From: an uncultured Candidatus Rokubacteria bacterium
GTDB lineage: Bacteria > Methylomirabilota > Methylomirabilia > Rokubacteriales > CSP1-6
Length of the DNA: 64,000 nucleotides
Assembly (NCBI GenBank): GCA_963771355.1
Contig: CAVYTA010000006.1
Span: 2,112,001-2,176,000 of the forward strand
Direction: 5' to 3'
A program made the translations under genes and the position numbers. The notes under the pieces were generated by a model, which searched no databases, was not told where the DNA came from, and was given only the letters and a program-made list of their open reading frames with translations. Shown here piece after piece: positions 59,122 through 64,000 of this stretch. How positions within the stretch are numbered: the first letter of the stretch is position 1; the number at the start of each line of letters is the position of its first letter.

Positions 59122-59175
59122 GCCAGACGCCTCACGACGGCCAGACGCCTCACGACGGCCAGACGCCTCACGACA
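59122..59175. repeat. Three tandem 18-bp repeats (gccagacgcctcacgacg)
   Basis: Two perfect copies plus a third with one mismatch, in a divergent intergenic region. Confidence 0.92.
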
Positions 59176-59177
59176 GG

Positions 59178-59206
59178 TTGACGGCTCCGCGAGGGCCCCC
59201 TACACT
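59178..59206 (+). promoter_or_regulatory. Sigma70 promoter (TTGACG-17-TACACT), likely leaderless
   Basis: Ideal spacing. ATG 59214 follows 7 nt after the -10 with no SD. Confidence 0.7.
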
Positions 59207-59213
59207 CCTGGCC

Positions 59214-61325
59214 ATGCCCGGCCCTTCTCCCGCGACCGGCCGACTGGGCGTGGACATCGGCGGTACCTTCACCGATCTCGTGTGGGTGGACGATCTCACC
59301 GGGCAGGTGCGCGTGGGCAAGCTCCTCACCACGCCCAAGGATCCCGCCCAGGCGGTGGAGCAGGGCGTGCTCGGCCTCCTGCAGGAGGCGGGCGCGGCGG
59401 CGGGGGACGTCCGCGGCCTCATCCACGGCACCACCCTGGCGACGAACGCCCTGATCGAGAGAAAAGGTGCGCGCACCGGGCTCCTCACCACCGCCGGCTT
59501 CCGGGACGCGCTCGAGATCGGCCGCGAAGGCCGCTACGACATGTACGACCTCTTCATCGACCCGCCCGCGCCGCTGGCGCCGCGCCACCTGCGGCACGAG
59601 GTGTCGGAGCGCGTGGGCGCCGGCGGCGGGATCGCGCGCCCCCTCGACGAGGCCGGCGCGCGGGCGGCCATTGCCGCGCTCCTCGCCGAGGGCGTGGAGG
59701 CGATCGCCATCTCGCTCCTTCACGCGTACCGCAATCCCGTCCACGAGGAGGCTTTGGCCCGCCTCGTCGCTGAGCAGGCGCCCGGTCTCCCCGTCTCCCG
59801 TTCCTCGGAGGTCGTGCCGGAGATCCGCGAGTACGAGCGCACCTCCACCACGGTGGCCAATGTCTACGTGATGCCGCTCATGGCGCGTTACCTCGACGAC
59901 CTCGAGCGCAAGCTCACCGACCTCGGGATCGCGGGCCGGTTCTACATCATGCTGTCCTCCGGCGGCATCGCCACCCCCGCCACCGCCAAGCGCGTGCCCA
60001 TTCGCCTGGTGGAGTCGGGCCCGGCGGCGGGCGCGCTCGCCGCCGCGCGCGCGGCGCGGCGCTCCGGCGAGGCGCGGCTCCTGTCCTTCGACATGGGCGG
60101 CACCACCGCGAAGGCCTGCGTGATCGACGGGGGCGAACCGCTGCTCGCACGCGAGTTCGAGGTGGCGCGCGCGGACCGGTTCAAGAAGGGCTCGGGGCTG
60201 CCCATTCGCGTGCCCGTGATCGAGATGATCGAGATCGGTGCCGGCGGCGGTTCCATCGCCCGCATCGACCGCATGGGGCTGCTCAAGGTGGGCCCGGACA
60301 GCGCGGGCGCCGATCCAGGGCCGGCCTGCTACGCGCTCGGCGGTCACGAGCCCACCGTGACCGACGCGGACGTCCTGCTCGGCTATCTCGACCCGGCCTA
60401 CTTCCTCGGCGGCCGGATGCGGCTCGACGTGGAGGCGGCCCGCCACGCCATCGAGGAGAAGGTCGCGCGGCCCCTGCGCTTTGACGTGACGCAGGCGGCC
60501 TGGGCCATCCATCGAGTGGTCAACGAGAACATGGCGGCGGCCGCCCGCATCCATGGCATCGAGCGGGGGAAAGACCTCCGCGCCTATCCGCTCTTCGCCT
60601 TCGGCGGCGCGGGGCCGGTCCACGCCTGGCATGTGGGCCGCATCCTCAGGGTCCCCCGCGTGCTCGTGCCCTTCGGAGCGGGCGCCGCCTCCGCCCTGGG
60701 GCTGCTGGCCGCGCCGCTGGCCTTCGACTTCGTGCGCACCGCACCCCAGCGCCTCGACACCGCGGACTGGACGGGCGTGAGCCGGCTCTTCGCCGAGATG
60801 GAGGCGGAAGGCCGTGCAGTGCTATGCCAGGCGGGCGTGGCCGAGGAGGAGATCCGCTTCCGCCGGAGCGCCGAGATGCGCTACGCCGGCCAGGGCCACG
60901 AGGTCGAGGCCCCAGTGCCGGGGGGGCCGCTCGGGCCCGCGAGCCCGGCGCCCATCACCGCGGGCTTCGAGGCCGTCTACCGCACGCTCTACGGACGCAA
61001 CCCGCTCGGCGTCGCCATCGAGGCCCTGAACTGGCGGCTGGTGGCGAGCGGGCCGGACCCGGAGGCGGCGACAACCGGCGGGGTGAAACGGGACGGAGCT
61101 CGACCGGCCGTCATCGAAGCCCGGGCAAGCAAGACGCGCACGGCGTACTTCCCGGAGGCGGGGGGATTCGTCGCCACGCCGGTGTACGACCGCTACGCGC
61201 TCGCGCCGGGCGCGACGTTCGAGGGACCGGCCATCGTGGAGGAGCGTGAATCCACCACCATCATCGGTCCGGGAGCGCGGGTGCAGGTGGACGCGGCCCG
61301 CACGCTGGTGGCGGAGCCCGCCTGA
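59214..61325 (+). CDS. Hydantoinase/oxoprolinase subunit A (ATP-dependent)
   Basis: GVDIGGTFTD, HGTTLATNA, REYERTSTT, ESGPAAG, FDMGGTT, IGAGGGS and AFGGAG motifs. Confidence 0.93.
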   Translation: MPGPSPATGRLGVDIGGTFTDLVWVDDLTGQVRVGKLLTTPKDPAQAVEQGVLGLLQEAGAAAGDVRGLIHGTTLATNALIERKGARTGLLTTAGFRDALEIGREGRYDMYDLFIDPPAPLAPRHLRHEVSERVGAGGGIARPLDEAGARAAIAALLAEGVEAIAISLLHAYRNPVHEEALARLVAEQAPGLPVSRSSEVVPEIREYERTSTTVANVYVMPLMARYLDDLERKLTDLGIAGRFYIMLSSGGIATPATAKRVPIRLVESGPAAGALAAARAARRSGEARLLSFDMGGTTAKACVIDGGEPLLAREFEVARADRFKKGSGLPIRVPVIEMIEIGAGGGSIARIDRMGLLKVGPDSAGADPGPACYALGGHEPTVTDADVLLGYLDPAYFLGGRMRLDVEAARHAIEEKVARPLRFDVTQAAWAIHRVVNENMAAAARIHGIERGKDLRAYPLFAFGGAGPVHAWHVGRILRVPRVLVPFGAGAASALGLLAAPLAFDFVRTAPQRLDTADWTGVSRLFAEMEAEGRAVLCQAGVAEEEIRFRRSAEMRYAGQGHEVEAPVPGGPLGPASPAPITAGFEAVYRTLYGRNPLGVAIEALNWRLVASGPDPEAATTGGVKRDGARPAVIEARASKTRTAYFPEAGGFVATPVYDRYALAPGATFEGPAIVEERESTTIIGPGARVQVDAARTLVAEPA

Positions 61326-62125
61326 TGCTGGCGCGCCGGGATCGCGCCCAGGTGCCCCCCGGCACGCCGGGCATCATGGCCACGCGCACGCTCGCCAACA
61401 GCCATCCCGGCCTGCTCGCGCTGCTCCGCCCGGGCCTCGACGTGCTCGACGTGGGCTGCGGACCGGGCACCCTCACCATCGAGACGGCCCGTCGGGTGCT
61501 GCCCGGTCGCGTGGTCGGGCTCGACGTCAACGAGGAGATGCTCGCGGCGGCCCGGCAGGCCAGCCCGCCCGGCGCGCTGCCCAACCTGACCTTCCTCCAC
61601 GGAGATATCCGCGACGGCGGGTGGGACACCGAGTTCGATCTCGTGGGCGCGGCGCGCGTGCTGCAGTGGATCCGTGACGTCGAGCGGGCGGTCACCGCCA
61701 TGGTCGCCGCCCTGCGACCCGGGGGCCTGATGATCGTGCTGGACTACGATCACACCCGCGCCCGCTGGGCGAATCCTCCCGCGGCCTGGATCCGCTTCCA
61801 CCGCGCCTTCCTCGACTGGCGGGCGAATGGCGGCCTCGACAATGCCCTCACCCGGCGGCTGCCCGATCTCCTCGAGGCCGCGGGCCTCGTCGAGCTCCGC
61901 GTGACGCCCCTCGCCGTCACGGTTTCCGCGGGCCAGCCCGATTTCTTCCGCGTGGCGGGCGCGTGGCGGCTGGTGGCCGAGAGCCGCGGGCGCCAGATGG
62001 TGTCGGCCGGCGCCCTCACCGAGGCCGAGCGCGAGGCGGCCGTCGCCGACTATGCGGAGTGGATGCGCCGGGAGGACGCGGTCCAGACCCTCCACGAGGC
62101 CTGCGTGACGGGCCGGCGGCCATGA
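61325..62125 (+). CDS. Class I SAM-dependent methyltransferase
   Basis: VLDVGCGPG, VVGLD, FD.V and LRPGG motifs; translationally coupled on both sides. Confidence 0.88.
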   Translation: MLARRDRAQVPPGTPGIMATRTLANSHPGLLALLRPGLDVLDVGCGPGTLTIETARRVLPGRVVGLDVNEEMLAAARQASPPGALPNLTFLHGDIRDGGWDTEFDLVGAARVLQWIRDVERAVTAMVAALRPGGLMIVLDYDHTRARWANPPAAWIRFHRAFLDWRANGGLDNALTRRLPDLLEAAGLVELRVTPLAVTVSAGQPDFFRVAGAWRLVAESRGRQMVSAGALTEAEREAAVADYAEWMRREDAVQTLHEACVTGRRP

Positions 62126-63744
62126 CCCCTTCGCCCGGCGCCGGCACGCTGGATCCGGTCACGCTCGACATCTGCTGGAACCGCCTCGTCGGCGTGGTGA
62201 ACGAGCAGGCCGCCGCGCTGCAGCGGACGTCCTTCACCTCCATCGTGCGCGAGGCGGGCGACCTCTCCGCGGGCGTCTTCGACCGGCGCGGCTGGATGCT
62301 CGCCCAGGCGGTGACCGGCACGCCGGGCCACATCAACTCCATGGCGCTCTGCCTGCGTCATATCCTGGCCGCGCACCCGGTGGACAGTCTGCGGCCCGGT
62401 GACGTGCTCATCACCAACGACCCCTGGAAAGGCTCGGGCCACCTGAACGACGTGACCATCGCCACGCCGGTATTCCGCGGCCGCGACTGCGTGGCGCTGT
62501 TCGCCTCCACGTGCCACACCGCCGACATCGGCGGGCACATCCTCTCCGCGGAGGCGCGCGAGGTGTACGAGGAGGGGCTCTTCATCCCCATCATGAAGCT
62601 CTACGAGGCGGGGGAGCCCAACCCCGCCCTCACCGGCCTCATCCGCGCCAACGTGCGGCTCCCGGAGCTGGTGATGGGCGACTTCCACGCCCAGATCGCC
62701 GGCGGGACCGTGGGCGGCGAGCGCCTGCTCGAGTTCATGGAGGAGTTCGGGCTCACCCGGCTGGAGCCGCTCGGCGACGAGATCGTGGGGCGGACCGAGC
62801 GGGCCATGCGCGAGTCCATCGCGCGGCTCCGGCCCGGCGCCTACACCTATGCCGTCACCTCGGACGGCTTCGACGAGCCCATCACCATCCAGGTTCGCTG
62901 CGAGGCGCATGGCGGCGAGCTCGCCATCGACTATACCGGCTCGTCGCCGGAGAGCCGGCGCGGCATCAACGTGGTCATGAACTACACCGAGGCCTACTCG
63001 ACCTACGGCGCCAAGGTCATCGTGAGCCCGGACGTGCCGAACAACGAGGGCGCCTTCCGGCCCGTCCGCATCACCGCGCCGGAGGGCTCGATCCTCAACG
63101 CGCGCCACCCCGCCCCGGTGGCGGCGCGTCACGTGGTCGGCCACTTCCTCCCCCATGCCATCGCGGGAGCGCTCCGCGAGGCCCTGCCAGACCGCGTGAT
63201 GGCGGAGGGCTCGGCCAATATCTGGGGCGTGCAGGTGTCGGGCCGTGACGAGGACGGGCGCGCCTTCAGCTTCGTGGTGTTCACCTCGGGGGGCACGGGG
63301 GCCCGCGCCACCAAGGATGGGCTCTCCGCCACCGCGTTCCCGTCCGGCGTGCTCGGCACCCCCGCGGAAGTGATCGAGTCGCTCTCCCCGCTGGTCATCG
63401 AGCGCAAGGCGCTGCGCCCCGACTCCGGCGGCGACGGCCGCTTCCGGGGCGGGCTCGGCCAGGAGATCGCCTTCCGGGTGCGCACCCGCGGGAGCTACCG
63501 CTGCTCCGTGCTCTGCGACCGCACGCGCATCCCCGCCCAGGGCTTCTTCGGTGGCGGGCCCGGGGGGCGCGGCGAGGTGCTCATCAACGGGCGCGCGCCC
63601 GACAACCCCAAGGCGGAGCAGGTGCTCCAGCCCGGCGACCTCGTAGAGCTGCGGCTCCCCGGCGGCGGCGGATACGGCCCGCCCGCCGCGCGCGACCCCG
63701 AGGCCCGCGCGCGCGACCTCCGCGAAGGCTACGTCACCCGCTGA
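62122..63744 (+). CDS. Hydantoinase B / oxoprolinase subunit
   Basis: RTSF...VRE..D, PGDV.ITNDP..G.GHLND, H..DIGG, EEG, DSGG.G..RGG and GGGGYG motifs. ATG at 62122. Confidence 0.93.
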   Translation: MTPSPGAGTLDPVTLDICWNRLVGVVNEQAAALQRTSFTSIVREAGDLSAGVFDRRGWMLAQAVTGTPGHINSMALCLRHILAAHPVDSLRPGDVLITNDPWKGSGHLNDVTIATPVFRGRDCVALFASTCHTADIGGHILSAEAREVYEEGLFIPIMKLYEAGEPNPALTGLIRANVRLPELVMGDFHAQIAGGTVGGERLLEFMEEFGLTRLEPLGDEIVGRTERAMRESIARLRPGAYTYAVTSDGFDEPITIQVRCEAHGGELAIDYTGSSPESRRGINVVMNYTEAYSTYGAKVIVSPDVPNNEGAFRPVRITAPEGSILNARHPAPVAARHVVGHFLPHAIAGALREALPDRVMAEGSANIWGVQVSGRDEDGRAFSFVVFTSGGTGARATKDGLSATAFPSGVLGTPAEVIESLSPLVIERKALRPDSGGDGRFRGGLGQEIAFRVRTRGSYRCSVLCDRTRIPAQGFFGGGPGGRGEVLINGRAPDNPKAEQVLQPGDLVELRLPGGGGYGPPAARDPEARARDLREGYVTR

Positions 63745-63905
63745 CCGATCCTCGCGGGAACGATCCGGCCGGGCCCCCGCGGCGGCGCGGACGGCGGCCC
63801 GCCGGTGGCGCACCCAGGCGCGCGATGCTAGAATCCGGCACCAGTCAGCCGGTCATCGCCGACCTCCCGAATCCCCACAATCCGTCGTGAGGAGGATGTG
63901 TCCCC

Positions 63906-64000
63906 ATGTTGAAGCGCACGTCTGCACTGCTCGCTCTGGCCCTCGCCGCGCTGCTGCCGGCCTCGCCGGTCCACGCGCAGGCTCCCAAGGAGGTCGTCAT
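63906..64000 (+). CDS. Secreted protein start, probably an ABC substrate-binding protein (3' truncated)
   Basis: SD gaggagg; signal peptide MLKRTSALLALALAALLPASPVHAQ followed by APKEVV. Upstream TGcTAGAAT is an extended -10-like element. Confidence 0.6.
   Translation, partial: MLKRTSALLALALAALLPASPVHAQAPKEVV

Noticed and set aside
59122..59175. Possible mini CRISPR array
   Set aside because: The repeats are contiguous with no spacers, only 18 bp long, and no cas genes are present.

Overview
This is a high-GC (roughly 70% by eye) bacterial chromosome segment with no rRNA, tRNA, CRISPR array or transposase recognised. Gene style suggests Candidatus Rokubacteria (Methylomirabilota), which is an inference and was not tested. 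In order: (1) type IVa pilus pilM(partial)NOPQ followed by aroC, aroB, a TMTC-like GT-C/TPR protein, a TPR protein, efp, accB, accC and thiE; (2) a liv-type ABC transporter followed by MaoC, ornithine cyclodeaminase, MOSC, an FAD amine oxidase and a GT-C membrane protein; (3) a ~14 kb minus-strand sugar-nucleotide island with many single-base frameshifts, whose enzyme set parallels the lincosamide NDP-octose pathway and adds an orphan E1 alpha/beta pair, methyltransferases and a GT2; (4) class III aminotransferase, cupin, heme-oxygenase-like diiron enzyme, Rieske ferredoxin and GlcG-like protein; (5) a ~16 kb putative sigma54-driven operon joining a Pil-Chp-like chemosensory system (with an embedded Tat-exported solute-binding protein) to an MglA GTPase, several Roadblock/MglB-domain proteins and a PilB ATPase; (6) a GT-C-like membrane protein and a hydantoinase/oxoprolinase A, methyltransferase, B operon. 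The best candidates for undescribed biology are the chemosensory-Mgl-PilB module and the octose-like glycan pathway. All family calls come from motif recognition by eye, with no database searches.
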